The notes: a model not told the origin generated them from the letters alone. Positions 9,412-21,401 are shown, counted from the stretch's first letter. The stretch: DNA of 64,000 nucleotides from an uncultured Pseudomonadota bacterium (GCA_963847705.1 CAWKBC010000021.1:1-64000); one strand, 5' to 3'. Program-made: numbers and translations.

Positions 9412-12002
9412 AAACCAATATGCGAGCGGTTGGACTGATGCTGGGCGCGGGGGCGTTGCTGGTCGGGATCTCTCTGGCGCATGCCGCCGTCGTCGAAGGA
9501 GGGGATCAGAAGGCGGTCAAGGTCCCGCCGGGTGGCCTGGCGCAGAGCTCGAACGGCCCTGCCCGGCGCCGCCGCGATTCGCAGCCGGCCCCCACGCCGC
9601 CCCCCGCCGTCGGGGCGCCCGTGGTCGCCGGGGCCGCCACGGCCGGCGGGGCGGTCATCGGGGAGAAGGAGTTCAACTCCTGCAAGAAGTTCCCTTCCGG
9701 CAAGCGGATCGTGAAGCTCAATCTCAAGCCGGACACCGAGCTCGGCGATCTCATCTCCTGGATCTCGTCGATCACCTGCAAGCAGTTCTTGCTGCCGGGA
9801 ACCATCCCCGCCAACAGCAAGAAGGTCACCATCGTCGCGCCTGAATTGATCACGCCGGAAGAGGCCTACCGGCTTTTTCTGGGAGCGCTCGATTCGGTCG
9901 GGCTCACCGTGCAGCCCTCCGGCAAGGTTCTGCGCATCATCGAGACGGTCAAGGCGAAGTCGGGCCCCATTCCGCTTTACGGCGAGGACTCCGACGTCCC
10001 CCAGAACGAGAGCTACGTGACCCGCCTCATCCGGGTGGAGAACGCCGACCCCAACGAGGTGGCGCAGGTGCTCGGCCGCCTCAAGGGGGAGCAGGGGGAC
10101 GTGATCGTCTATGCGCCGCAGGGGGCGCTGATCGTCACCGATCTCGCCTCGAACATCACCCGCATGATGCACATCCTGAAGGAGATCGATCAGCCGGGAA
10201 GCGGCGAGAAGGTCTGGATCATCGGGATCAAGAACACCTCCGCGGGCGAGATGGCCCAGAAGCTGGGCGAGATCTTTCAGGTCGCCAAGCTGGGCGGGAA
10301 GGGGGGGACCACCGCCAGCACGCCGCCGCCGCCGGGCGGGACGCGCCCCAAGCCCGGCGATCTGACGACCGAGATGATGATCTCCAAGATCATCCCGGAC
10401 GAACGATCAAACCAGCTGATCGTGATCGCCAACGAGCGGGCCTACGCCCGCGTGCTCACGCTGGTGAAGAAGCTCGACGTCCCGATCGAGGGGGGCGACG
10501 GTCGGATCCACGTCTACTACTGCGAGAACGCCAACTGCGACGAGCTGGCCCAGACGATCGGGGCGGTCACGGGGGTGGTGGTCACCGGCGCCGGCAGCTC
10601 GCGCTCGCGGACCTCGTCGCGCAGCTCCACGCCGGCGCCCACGCCCACGCCGACCAGCGGCACCGGCCAGCCGCTGACGGGGCCCAACCTCCTGTTCGAG
10701 GGGGAGGTGCGTCTCAACTTCGATCGCCCCACCAACTCCCTGATCATCGTCTCGTCGCTCAAGGACTACCAGTCGCTGCGCCGGGTGATCGAGCTGCTCG
10801 ATTCGCCGCGCAAGCAGATCTTCGTCGAGGCGATGATCCTGGAGGTCACGCTCGACAAGGAGCGCGATCTCGGCGCCTCCTGGCACGGGGTCAAGCCGGA
10901 GAACCTGTTCGGGCTCAGCGATCCCAGCCTGATCGTCGGCGGCCTCAATCCCGCCAACACCTTGCAGCCGACCAACGCGCTCGGCGACACCATGCTGGCG
11001 GGGATCCTGGGGCCGGTGCTGACGCCGGCGGAGGCGGCGGGGCTCGGCTCCGCGGCCACGGCGACGGTCGACATCCCGTCGTTCGGCGTGCTCATCAAGG
11101 CGCTGCAGACCAACAGCGACGTCGACGTGCTGTCGAACCCGCACATCCTGATCATGAACAACGAGGACGGCGAGATCTCGGTCGGACAGAAGATCCCCTT
11201 CCCGGTGAGCACGCTCGGCCTCGGCGGGGCCGGGAGCACCGCCAGCCCGCTCGGCCTCGGTCTCGGCGGCTTGTTTCCGCAGGTGCAGCGGGAGAACGTG
11301 GCGCTCGAAATCAAGCTCACGCCGCACGTGAACGAGCACGACGTCATCCGGCTGGAGGTCGACGTCAAGGACTCGGAGCTGGCGGCGGGCGGCAGCCCCA
11401 CCCTGGGGCCGTCGACCTCCGAGCGCTCGGCCAAGTCGATCGTGGTGGCCAAGGATCAGCAGACCATCCTGATCGGCGGCCTGATGTCGGACAAGGTCAT
11501 CAACAGCGTGGTCAAGATCCCGCTCCTGGGCGACATCCCGATCCTGGGGTTCTTCTTCCGCAACACCACCAAGCACATCGTGAAGACGAACCTCATCATC
11601 GCGCTCACGCCGTACGTCATCAACGACCAGTCCGATCTCCGTCGGGTGCTGGAGAAGAAGATGAAGGAGCGGCGCGAGTTCGTGGAGCGCTTCGGTGGCG
11701 AGGAGCGGCCCAATCTGGAGGCCAACATCGACTATCGCCGCAAGCGCGGGATGCTCGAGGAGATCAACCGGGCGGCGCGCGACATCGAGAAGGAAGAGGC
11801 GGAGATGGACGCCATCCGCCTCAAGGATGCGATGGACGAGTCGGGGCCGGTCGACCTTCCGGTCGGGCCGGGGTCGGACTCCATGCCGGCGGCTTCGTCG
11901 CCAAATGTGGGCGCCGGCACGGCGGCTCCACCGCCCGGTGGGACCTCGGCGCCGGGCGGCGCTCCGTCGCCCAGCGCGCCCGGCCCGGCGCGGAGCCCCT
12001 GA
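9408..12002 (+). CDS. gspD: Type II secretion secretin GspD
   Basis: N0-N3 domains (DERSNQLIV, DRPTNSLII), QIFVEAMILEV, secretin signature KIPLLGDIPILGFFFR. Confidence 0.95.
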   Translation: MKTNMRAVGLMLGAGALLVGISLAHAAVVEGGDQKAVKVPPGGLAQSSNGPARRRRDSQPAPTPPPAVGAPVVAGAATAGGAVIGEKEFNSCKKFPSGKRIVKLNLKPDTELGDLISWISSITCKQFLLPGTIPANSKKVTIVAPELITPEEAYRLFLGALDSVGLTVQPSGKVLRIIETVKAKSGPIPLYGEDSDVPQNESYVTRLIRVENADPNEVAQVLGRLKGEQGDVIVYAPQGALIVTDLASNITRMMHILKEIDQPGSGEKVWIIGIKNTSAGEMAQKLGEIFQVAKLGGKGGTTASTPPPPGGTRPKPGDLTTEMMISKIIPDERSNQLIVIANERAYARVLTLVKKLDVPIEGGDGRIHVYYCENANCDELAQTIGAVTGVVVTGAGSSRSRTSSRSSTPAPTPTPTSGTGQPLTGPNLLFEGEVRLNFDRPTNSLIIVSSLKDYQSLRRVIELLDSPRKQIFVEAMILEVTLDKERDLGASWHGVKPENLFGLSDPSLIVGGLNPANTLQPTNALGDTMLAGILGPVLTPAEAAGLGSAATATVDIPSFGVLIKALQTNSDVDVLSNPHILIMNNEDGEISVGQKIPFPVSTLGLGGAGSTASPLGLGLGGLFPQVQRENVALEIKLTPHVNEHDVIRLEVDVKDSELAAGGSPTLGPSTSERSAKSIVVAKDQQTILIGGLMSDKVINSVVKIPLLGDIPILGFFFRNTTKHIVKTNLIIALTPYVINDQSDLRRVLEKKMKERREFVERFGGEERPNLEANIDYRRKRGMLEEINRAARDIEKEEAEMDAIRLKDAMDESGPVDLPVGPGSDSMPAASSPNVGAGTAAPPPGGTSAPGGAPSPSAPGPARSP

Positions 12003-12015
12003 GGAGAACGACCCG

Positions 12016-13786
<1,771 letters not shown>

Positions 13787-13790
13787 CGCG

Positions 13791-15050
13791 GTGCCGGTCT
13801 ACAGCTGGAAGGGGCTCAACACCGCCGGCAAGTCGGTGACCGGGACCCGGGACGCCGACGGACCGAAGGCGCTGCGCCAGGCGCTGCGCAAGGACGGCGT
13901 CTTCATCACCGAGCACCGCGAGGTGCTGGCCGGCGGCCAGCGGGCCGCGGCGCGCCCGGGCGGCTCGAACGTCTCCGTTCTCAATCGCCAGATCGACTTC
14001 AAGGCGATGCTCGAACGGGTGCAGCCGCAGGAGGTGGCGGCGTTCACGCGCCAGCTCGCGACGCTGATCAAGGCGGGGATCCCGCTGGCCGAGTCGCTGG
14101 GCGCGCTGGCCGAGCAGGGGGACAACAAGAAGCTGCAGCGGGTGCTGGCCGAGATCCGGCAAAAGGTGAACGAGGGGAGCTCGCTGGCCGACACGCTGGG
14201 CGCGCACCCCACCATCTTCCCGGAGCTCTACACCAACATGGTTCGCTCCGGGGAGGCGGCAGGAAACCTGGACACGGTGCTCTCGCGGCTGGCCGACTTC
14301 CTCGACGCGGAGCACACCTTGCGGTCCAAGGTCTCCGGCGCGCTCACCTACCCGATCATCATGGTGGTCCTGGGAACGATCATCATGGGCGTGCTCATGG
14401 TGGTGGTCGTCCCCAAGATCACCTCGATCTTCCAGGACATGGGCAAGACGCTCCCCTGGAACACCCAGCTCCTGATCTTCATGTCCGACCTCATCGGCAG
14501 CTACTGGTGGGCGTTGATCATCGTCTTCGGGTTCACTTACTGGCTCTACCGCCGCTGGTCGCGGAAACCCAAAGGGCGCGCCGTGGTCGATCGGGTCCGG
14601 TTGAAGTTGCCGCTCATCGGGCCGCTGGTGCGCTTCGTCGGCGTGGCGCGGTTTGCCCGCACGCTGGCCACGATGCTGGCGGCGGGGGTCCCGGTGCTGG
14701 CGGCGCTGGAGATCACCAAGAAGGTCCTCAACAACACCGTGCTGGAGAAGGTGGTGGAAGAGGCGCGTGACGCCATCCGCGAGGGCGAATCGATCGCCAC
14801 GCCGCTCAAGCGCTCGGGCCAGTTCCCCTCGCTGATGGTGCACATGGTGGCCGTCGGCGAGCGCTCGGGTCAGCTGGAGGCCATGCTGGAGAACGTCGCC
14901 ACCGCCTACGAGCGCGACGTCGAGGCGAAGGTCTCCCGCCTGACCACCATCTTGTCGCCCATGCTGATCGTTTGCATGGCGCTGGCCGTGGTGTTCATCG
15001 TGTTCTCGGTTCTTCAACCCATCATGGACATGCAGAACTTCGTGCAGTGA
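13791..15050 (+). CDS. gspF: Type II secretion inner-membrane platform GspF
   Basis: FTRQLATLIKAGIPL, GEAAGNLD, ALTYP, GERSGQL motifs. Confidence 0.95.
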   Translation: MPVYSWKGLNTAGKSVTGTRDADGPKALRQALRKDGVFITEHREVLAGGQRAAARPGGSNVSVLNRQIDFKAMLERVQPQEVAAFTRQLATLIKAGIPLAESLGALAEQGDNKKLQRVLAEIRQKVNEGSSLADTLGAHPTIFPELYTNMVRSGEAAGNLDTVLSRLADFLDAEHTLRSKVSGALTYPIIMVVLGTIIMGVLMVVVVPKITSIFQDMGKTLPWNTQLLIFMSDLIGSYWWALIIVFGFTYWLYRRWSRKPKGRAVVDRVRLKLPLIGPLVRFVGVARFARTLATMLAAGVPVLAALEITKKVLNNTVLEKVVEEARDAIREGESIATPLKRSGQFPSLMVHMVAVGERSGQLEAMLENVATAYERDVEAKVSRLTTILSPMLIVCMALAVVFIVFSVLQPIMDMQNFVQ

Positions 15051-15061
15051 GGAGAAAAGTC

Positions 15062-15487
15062 ATGAACGAAACAGAGCGAGATACGAACGGAGCGATTGCT
15101 CGGGTGGGGCGCGCCGTCGAAGCTGGATTCACGCTGCTCGAAATCATGGTCGTGTTGGCCATCATCGCGCTCCTGGCCGGTGGCGTCGGGGCGGCGGTGT
15201 TCCGAAACTTCAAGAAGGCCCAGGTCTCCACGGCACGGCTGCGGGTGAAGGCGGTGCGCGACGCCACGTCGCAGTACATGATCGACAACAGCAGCAACTG
15301 TCCGCGCGGGGTCGATGATCTGGTGTCGCAGAAGTACCTCGATCGGAGCAACGCCAAGGACCCCTGGGGGAAGGACTTCATCTTCCACTGCCCGGGGACC
15401 CAAGACACCGACAGCGCCGACATCTCGTCGGCCGGCCCCGACAAGCAGGAAGGGACCCCGGACGACGTCAAGTCCTGGGAGATGTAG
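15062..15487 (+). CDS. gspG: Major pseudopilin GspG
   Basis: GAGGAG RBS; prepilin site AG|FTLLEIMVV; DPWG and SAGPD…GTPDD C-terminal motifs. Confidence 0.92.
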   Translation: MNETERDTNGAIARVGRAVEAGFTLLEIMVVLAIIALLAGGVGAAVFRNFKKAQVSTARLRVKAVRDATSQYMIDNSSNCPRGVDDLVSQKYLDRSNAKDPWGKDFIFHCPGTQDTDSADISSAGPDKQEGTPDDVKSWEM

Positions 15488-15514
15488 GCCCCGGCGCCGA
15501 CCGAGGAGACCGCC

Positions 15515-16300
15515 ATGCTCTCGACGCCACAACGTGACCCCGTGAGATCGGCGCGACGCCGCTCTCGGGGCTTCACGTTGATCGAGGTCATGGTGGCGAT
15601 GATGGTGATCGCGCTCATCGCCACCATCGGGGTCAAGGGGTTCCGGACGGTCACCAAGGGGAACCTGCGGGAGGGGAGCGCGCACATGTCGGGCGCCATT
15701 CGCTTCCTGTTCGACCGCGCCTCGATCACCGGCAAGTACCACCGGCTGGTGATCGATCTGAACGAGGGGCGCTACTGGGCGGAGGTGTCGGACGATCGCT
15801 TCTTCGCGCCGAACCAGGCGGAGAGCGAGTCCGACCGGAAGAAGCGAGAAGAGAAGGAGGACGCCGCCGAGGAGGAGGAGCGCAAGCGGCAGGAGAAGCA
15901 GCAGCTGCTCTACGGCGGTAGCTCCTCCTCGAGCTCGTCGTCGTCGAGCAGCTTCGACATGTCGAAGATGGAGGTCGGGGAGTTCCGTCCCCGGCGGGCG
16001 CGGTTCGCGGCGTTCAAGGAGACGGCGCTCAAGCCGGTGACGCTCAAGAAGGAGGTGCGCATCAAGAGCGTCTACACGCCGCGCATGACCGAGCCGGTCA
16101 CCGCGGGACGCGCCTATCTCTACTTCTACCCGCTCGGGCAGACCGAGCCCGCCATCATCACGCTGACCGACAAGTCCGGCGAGAACGTCTTCTCGCTGGT
16201 GGTCCACCCGATCACCGGGAGGGTCCGGATCTACAACGAAGAGGTCAGGCCGAACCTCGGCGTCCGCTACGACGACGACGGGAACCAGGTGGTCCAGTGA
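15515..16300 (+). CDS. gspH: Minor pseudopilin GspH
   Basis: RG|FTLIEVMV N-methylation site; FYPLG and HPITGRV C-terminal motifs; position after gspG. Confidence 0.8.
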   Translation: MLSTPQRDPVRSARRRSRGFTLIEVMVAMMVIALIATIGVKGFRTVTKGNLREGSAHMSGAIRFLFDRASITGKYHRLVIDLNEGRYWAEVSDDRFFAPNQAESESDRKKREEKEDAAEEEERKRQEKQQLLYGGSSSSSSSSSSSFDMSKMEVGEFRPRRARFAAFKETALKPVTLKKEVRIKSVYTPRMTEPVTAGRAYLYFYPLGQTEPAIITLTDKSGENVFSLVVHPITGRVRIYNEEVRPNLGVRYDDDGNQVVQ

Positions 16301-16950
16301 GAAAGACCGATTCTGGCTTCACGCTGCTGGAGATCATGGTGGCGGTCGCCATCTTGGCCTCGACGCTGGTGGTGCTGCTGTCGATCGTGACCAACAACGT
16401 GCGGTCGACCAACCACGCCAAGATGACCACCGCGGCGACCTTCCTGGCCCGTACGAAGATGGTCGAGATCGAGGACGAGATCCTCGACAACGGCTTCACC
16501 GACAACGACGAGGTCAAAGCGGGGACGTTCCGCGATCTCGGCTACCCCCAGTTTCGCTTCGACACCTTGATCGAGCGGATCGAGCTCCCCTCCGACCTGG
16601 CCCAGAAGGCGCGCGACCAGTCGACGACCGACACCAAGGACGCCAAGGACCCGATGTCGATGCTGACCGGGTTCATGGGCGGCATGATGGCGAGCTTCAT
16701 CGACCCGGTGCGGCTCGGCCTCCAGGAATCGGTCCGCAAGGTCACCGTCCGCGTGCTCTGGGATGAGCATGGGCGGCGCGATCAGAGCCTCGAGGTGGTC
16801 CAGTACCTCACCGATCCCGCCAAGCTGGACCTGGCGCTCAACCCGGGCGCCGGCGCCGGGTCGGGGACCGGCGGCTCGACGGGCGCCACGGGCGCGGGGA
16901 CCGGTCCGTCGCTGAACAGCTTGCAGGGGCTCATCGGAGGCGCGCATTGA
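16297..16950 (+). CDS. gspI: Minor pseudopilin GspI
   Basis: SG|FTLLEIMVA; GTGA overlap with gspH. Confidence 0.8.
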   Translation: MRKTDSGFTLLEIMVAVAILASTLVVLLSIVTNNVRSTNHAKMTTAATFLARTKMVEIEDEILDNGFTDNDEVKAGTFRDLGYPQFRFDTLIERIELPSDLAQKARDQSTTDTKDAKDPMSMLTGFMGGMMASFIDPVRLGLQESVRKVTVRVLWDEHGRRDQSLEVVQYLTDPAKLDLALNPGAGAGSGTGGSTGATGAGTGPSLNSLQGLIGGAH

Positions 16951-17654
16951 GGCGCCAGCGGCTCCCGCGCCCCGCACGGGCCCCGGCGGGGTTCACGCTG
17001 ATCGAGGTGATGCTGGCGCTCGCCATTCTCGGCTTCGTCACGACGATCATGTGGGGGTCGTTCAGCCAGACCGTCGCCAACAAGAAGGCGATCGAGTCGG
17101 CGCAGGAGCGGACGCACAACGTCCGCGTGGCGCTCATGCGGATCGTGCGCGAGATCGAGATGGCCTACCTCTCCGCTTCGGAGAACACCGCCCTCTCGGA
17201 GCGCCGGACGTTCTTCCTCGGGTCGTCGCACGGCGACGTCGATGAGCTGACGTTCTCCAGCTTTGCTCACCAGCGGCTGCGGGCCGGTCTCGCCGAGGGG
17301 GACACCTCGCTCATCTCCTACTTCGGGGAGCGCGATCCGGACGACCGCCGGGTCCTCAACCTCATGCGACGCGAGACGCGGCGCCTGCAGGCGGAGAACC
17401 CCAGCACCATCATCGGCGAAGCCTACATCCTCTGTCCCGACGTGAGCCGCCTCAAGATCCAGTACTACGACCACAAGCTGAAGGAGTGGGTCAACGAGTG
17501 GAGCACGCTCAACGCCAGCGGCAACCAGTACCTGCCGACCCACGTCCGCGTCACGCTCACGGTCATCGATGAGCGTGGCGAGGAGGTCTCCTACTCCACC
17601 GACGCCCGCATCCAGATGACCGAGAAGGTCGACTACAAGCCGGTGAAGCAGTGA
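16947..17654 (+). CDS. gspJ: Minor pseudopilin GspJ
   Basis: AG|FTLIEVMLA; C-terminal W…W…LPTHVRVTL. Confidence 0.85.
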   Translation: MRRQRLPRPARAPAGFTLIEVMLALAILGFVTTIMWGSFSQTVANKKAIESAQERTHNVRVALMRIVREIEMAYLSASENTALSERRTFFLGSSHGDVDELTFSSFAHQRLRAGLAEGDTSLISYFGERDPDDRRVLNLMRRETRRLQAENPSTIIGEAYILCPDVSRLKIQYYDHKLKEWVNEWSTLNASGNQYLPTHVRVTLTVIDERGEEVSYSTDARIQMTEKVDYKPVKQ

Positions 17655-19132
17655 GGTTCTTCCGCCGCTTCCGCGGCTCACAATCCCCCCCCGGCCCCCC
17701 TTGCCCCAAGAGGGGCGCCGGCTCTCGCCGTGCCTCGCTCCGCGCAGCGAAGCTGCGCTCCGCTGGGAGGCCTCCTCTGTCCCGGAAGGAACGTGGCGTC
17801 GCCATGTTGATCGTCTTGACCTGGTTGGCGCTGATGATCTCCGTCATCGGCGAGTTCACCTACGGCACCAGCGTCGACGCCGCCCAGGCGGCCAACGCGC
17901 GCGACGAGCTGCGGGCGCACTATCTGGCCCGCTCGTCGGTCAGCCTGTCGCGCCTGCTCATCAAGATTCAGCAGCAGTTCATCGACCCGGTGATGGGACA
18001 GGTGCAGAAGATGCTGACCAGCGCGATGGGGTCGAGCACCTCGAACAACGGCACCGGCGGCGCCAGCGGGTCGAGCGCCCCCCCCACGCTCGGCTTCTCC
18101 CTGCGCGTGACCGACTACGCCAGCTCGCTGATGGGGTTCTTCAGCGGCTCGAAAGACGAGGTGGCCGGCCTGGGGAGCCTCATCGGTATCGACACCAGCA
18201 ACGTCAAGGGGCTGGGGCTGAAGTCCGGTAACTTCGACGCCGAGATCACCTCCGAGGACGGCAAGATCGACATCAACTGCGGGGGCGGTGTGGCCTCGGA
18301 TCGCAGCAAGCAGCTGATCGTCTACCGGCTGCTGATGGGGCTCATGTACTCGCGCCGCTTCGACAAGCTCTTCTCCGAGGCGGACAACACCGGCAACTTC
18401 GCGCTGCGCACCGATGTGGCGCGGGCGATCATCGACTGGGCCGACGGCGACGAGCAGATGTTCTCGCCGGAGGGGGGCTCGAACTCCGAGGACTACCGCT
18501 ACGACGCCCACGCCGATCACTACCGCGCGCACGACAACAGCTACGACACCATCGAAGAGGTGAAGATGGTGCGCGGCGTCTCCGACGGGTTCATGGAGGC
18601 GTTCCAGCCCTTCCTCACCGTCTACGCCTCGGATCCCAACTGCAAGGTGAACCTGGGCGCGATCAGCAACAAGGAGAGCGGCGATTGCACGCCGCTGGTC
18701 ATGGCCGTCATCCGCGCCGCCGCCACGCCCGATCCCCTCAAGCCCCCCGCCGATCCGACGGTGTTCGACGACGCCATCCTTTATCCGCTGGCCAGCATCC
18801 TGTGCGACCGGGCCTCGACCGCCGGCTTCGACAGCCTCAACACCATCACCAGCCTGCTGGCCAACCCACAGACCGCGGTGCTCCCCGACGATCCGCGCTA
18901 CCGGATGTTCCAGGGGATGAAGCCGCTCACCGTCGACGCGGGGGCGCTGGGGAGCGTGGCCTATGTGGGATCGCCGCGCGTCTACCGCGTCGCCGCCACC
19001 GGCGAGTCGGGGCGGGTGAAGAAGAAGATCACCGCCATCGTCGACACCGGGCGCACCCTGGAAAACCCGCTCACGCTGACCCCGCAGTCCGAAAAGGCCG
19101 CCGGCGTCCTGCAGTACTGGCGCGAGGAATAG
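17651..19132 (+). CDS. gspK: Minor pseudopilin GspK
   Basis: ERG|VAMLIVL (no Glu5, typical of GspK), EDGKIDIN, AIIDWADGD, TIEEVKMVRGV. Confidence 0.9.
   Translation: MRFFRRFRGSQSPPGPPCPKRGAGSRRASLRAAKLRSAGRPPLSRKERGVAMLIVLTWLALMISVIGEFTYGTSVDAAQAANARDELRAHYLARSSVSLSRLLIKIQQQFIDPVMGQVQKMLTSAMGSSTSNNGTGGASGSSAPPTLGFSLRVTDYASSLMGFFSGSKDEVAGLGSLIGIDTSNVKGLGLKSGNFDAEITSEDGKIDINCGGGVASDRSKQLIVYRLLMGLMYSRRFDKLFSEADNTGNFALRTDVARAIIDWADGDEQMFSPEGGSNSEDYRYDAHADHYRAHDNSYDTIEEVKMVRGVSDGFMEAFQPFLTVYASDPNCKVNLGAISNKESGDCTPLVMAVIRAAATPDPLKPPADPTVFDDAILYPLASILCDRASTAGFDSLNTITSLLANPQTAVLPDDPRYRMFQGMKPLTVDAGALGSVAYVGSPRVYRVAATGESGRVKKKITAIVDTGRTLENPLTLTPQSEKAAGVLQYWREE
17681..17775. repeat. Palindromic REP-like insert inside the GspK leader peptide
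   Basis: C-rich/G-rich ATCCCCCCCCGGCCCCCCTTG…AAGAGGGG plus perfect hairpin GCGCAGC-GAA-GCTGCGC (17742-17758); atypical codons. Confidence 0.55.
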
Positions 19133-19141
19133 AAAAGGATC

Positions 19142-20746
19142 ATGGCTCACACCGTCTGCGGCATCGATCTCGGCGCGTACTCGATCAAGTTGGCCTTTTT
19201 GGAGGCTGGCTTTCGCGCCACCACGCTGCGCGGCCTGGAAGAGATTCCGGTGCCGGCCGGCGAGGCCCCGCTCCTCGACCGCCAGATGGCGGCGGTGCGC
19301 GAGGGGCTGGCCCACCTGCCGGGCGAGGTGACCCCCTACCTGGCCGTGGCCGGCGATCAGCTCTCGGTGCGGGTGCTCGAGCTCCCGTTCACCGATGCCC
19401 GCAAGATCGATCAGGTGGTCGGCTACGAGCTGGAAGGGCAGATCGTCAACGCCATCGAGGACGTGGTGTTCGATCATCTGGTGGCCGCCGAGAAACCGGA
19501 GGGGACGACCATCCTGGCGGCCGCCGCCAAGCGCGAGGATCTGGCGGCCTTGATCGCGGCGGCCGAGGCGCAGGGGATTCATCCCCGTTCGTTGTTCGCG
19601 GCCCCGGTCATCTACCGGACCCTGTTCCCGGCCGTGGCGTCGGTCGGCGACGAGACGCCCGCCTCCTGCCGGGCGGTGCTCGACTTCGGTCACGAGCGGA
19701 CCAACGTCTGCATCATCCGCGGCGGCAACGCCATCTACGCCCGCACCATCCGGCGGGGCGGGGCGCACCTGACCGCCGCGATTGCCAAGGCGTTCAACGC
19801 CGACCCCACGCGGGCCGAGCAGGCCAAGCGCGGCGAGGCGTTCATCGCCAGCGCGGGGAAGGTGCCGAGCACGCCCCTCCTGGTCAAGCTCGACGCCGTC
19901 TTGCGGGAGGCGCTGGCCCCCACCATCCGCGAGCTGCGGCAGACGCTGGCCAGCTTCGCGGCCAGCGCCAAGCTGGAGATCGACGCGCTGCTGGTCGTCG
20001 GCGGCGGCGGGCGTCTGGCGGGGCTGCTCCCGTTTCTCGAGGGGGAGCTGGGGATCCCGGCGCGCCATCCCAGCGTGCGCGACGTGATGGAGAGCGGTGG
20101 TCGCCACCTGACGCGCGATCCGGCCGACATCGAGGAGGCTGCGCCCGAGGCGGAGGTGTATACGCTGGCCGGGGCGATCGCGGTGGCGGCGGCCGCCGGC
20201 TCGCGCGAGATCGACTTTCGCCGCGGGCCGTTCGTCTACCGCGCGAACTTCTCGATCCTCCGGCAGAAGGCCGGGCACCTGGCGATGCTGGCGGCGTCGC
20301 TGGTGCTGGCCGCCGGAATCGACCTGGGGGCCAAGTCTTCCAGCCTGGGGGCGGAGCGGAAGGCGCTCGACAAGGAGCTGAGCAGCGCCACGCAAGAGCT
20401 GTTCGGCAAGCCGCGCGACGACGCCCCGGCGGTGACCGAGCTCATGCGCAAGGGCTTCCGCGAGGACCTGGCGCCCCTGCCCAAGGCGACGGCCTTCGAT
20501 CTGCTCGATCAGATCTCGCGCAAGGTGCCGCCGGCCGACAAGGTCAAGCTGGACGTCTCCGAGCTGGAGATCCGCCCCAAGAAGACCTTCATCAAGGGGA
20601 CCGCGGACACCGCCGCCGCCGTCGACGAGATCGCCGGCAAGCTGAAGGAGATCGATTGCTTCGAGGAGGTGACCAAGGGGGCCATCACCGAGGTCTCGGA
20701 CGGCGGCAAGCAGTTCACCCTCAACATCACCTCCAAGTGCCCGTGA
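19142..20746 (+). CDS. gspL: GspL: PilM/FtsA-like actin-fold domain fused to TM and periplasmic domain
   Basis: GIDLGAYSIKL, VLDFGHERTN, LVVGGGGRLAGL actin-fold motifs; TM segment and periplasmic domain in the C-terminal part; position between gspK and gspM. Confidence 0.85.
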   Translation: MAHTVCGIDLGAYSIKLAFLEAGFRATTLRGLEEIPVPAGEAPLLDRQMAAVREGLAHLPGEVTPYLAVAGDQLSVRVLELPFTDARKIDQVVGYELEGQIVNAIEDVVFDHLVAAEKPEGTTILAAAAKREDLAALIAAAEAQGIHPRSLFAAPVIYRTLFPAVASVGDETPASCRAVLDFGHERTNVCIIRGGNAIYARTIRRGGAHLTAAIAKAFNADPTRAEQAKRGEAFIASAGKVPSTPLLVKLDAVLREALAPTIRELRQTLASFAASAKLEIDALLVVGGGGRLAGLLPFLEGELGIPARHPSVRDVMESGGRHLTRDPADIEEAAPEAEVYTLAGAIAVAAAAGSREIDFRRGPFVYRANFSILRQKAGHLAMLAASLVLAAGIDLGAKSSSLGAERKALDKELSSATQELFGKPRDDAPAVTELMRKGFREDLAPLPKATAFDLLDQISRKVPPADKVKLDVSELEIRPKKTFIKGTADTAAAVDEIAGKLKEIDCFEEVTKGAITEVSDGGKQFTLNITSKCP

Positions 20747-20759
20747 GCGAAAGACGATC

Positions 20760-21398
20760 ATGAGCGCGCTCAGCAACCTTCGTGAATCGGTGACCCGGCT
20801 GGTCCGTCGCCCGGCTGCGTTTTTCGTGGGCGAGTGGGAGCGGCTCGGCCCCCGCGAGAAGCGCTGGGTGACGGTGCTGGGCGCGGCGGTGGCCACCGTG
20901 GCCGTCGCGCTCTTCGTCATCTACAAGCTCAGCGACATCAGCGATCTCGAGGAGGGCAACGCCGCCATCCGGGAGGCGCTGTCGGAGATCTCCAAGCATC
21001 GCGACGAGTACCTCGACGCCAAGGCCCGCAACTCGGTCCAGGAGGCGCGCATCGGCGATGCGCCGCCCCAGCTGGCCGGCGATCTGGAGGCCGCCGCGCG
21101 CGCCGAGAACATTCAGATCGCCGAGTCGAGCGAGCGCCCCACCGTCCCCGCCGGACGCCGCTACCTCGAGCACGACACCGATCTCAAGATCCGCGAGGCC
21201 GACCTGCAGAGCGTGACCAACTTCCTCAAGCGGGTGGAGACCGGTCCGCGTCTCATCTTCTTCACCCGGCTGGCGCTCAAGCACCCCTACGCGGCCGATC
21301 CGGGCAAGCTGGACGTGGAGGCGACGGCGACGGCGTTCGAGAAGGTGCACGAGGACAAGAGCAAGAAGAAGACCGCCGGGCAGGACAAGAAGGAGTAG
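20760..21398 (+). CDS. gspM: Type II secretion protein GspM
   Basis: WERLGPREKRW followed by TM (GspM hallmark), operon position. Confidence 0.8.
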   Translation: MSALSNLRESVTRLVRRPAAFFVGEWERLGPREKRWVTVLGAAVATVAVALFVIYKLSDISDLEEGNAAIREALSEISKHRDEYLDAKARNSVQEARIGDAPPQLAGDLEAAARAENIQIAESSERPTVPAGRRYLEHDTDLKIREADLQSVTNFLKRVETGPRLIFFTRLALKHPYAADPGKLDVEATATAFEKVHEDKSKKKTAGQDKKE

Positions 21399-21401
21399 CG
21401 C

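Noticed and set aside
15062-19132. Pilin-like genes as a type IV pilus or Tad/Kil system
   Set aside because: Order gspC-D-E-F-G-H-I-J-K-L-M-N, GspG and GspK signatures and absence of PilT indicate a T2SS
17678-20920. Very long minus-strand ORF (1080 aa) and similar antisense ORFs (4611..6776, 10407..12167, 11821..13581, 48838..50952)
   Set aside because: Shadow frames of real genes in high-GC DNA; Arg/Gly/Ala-rich with no motifs
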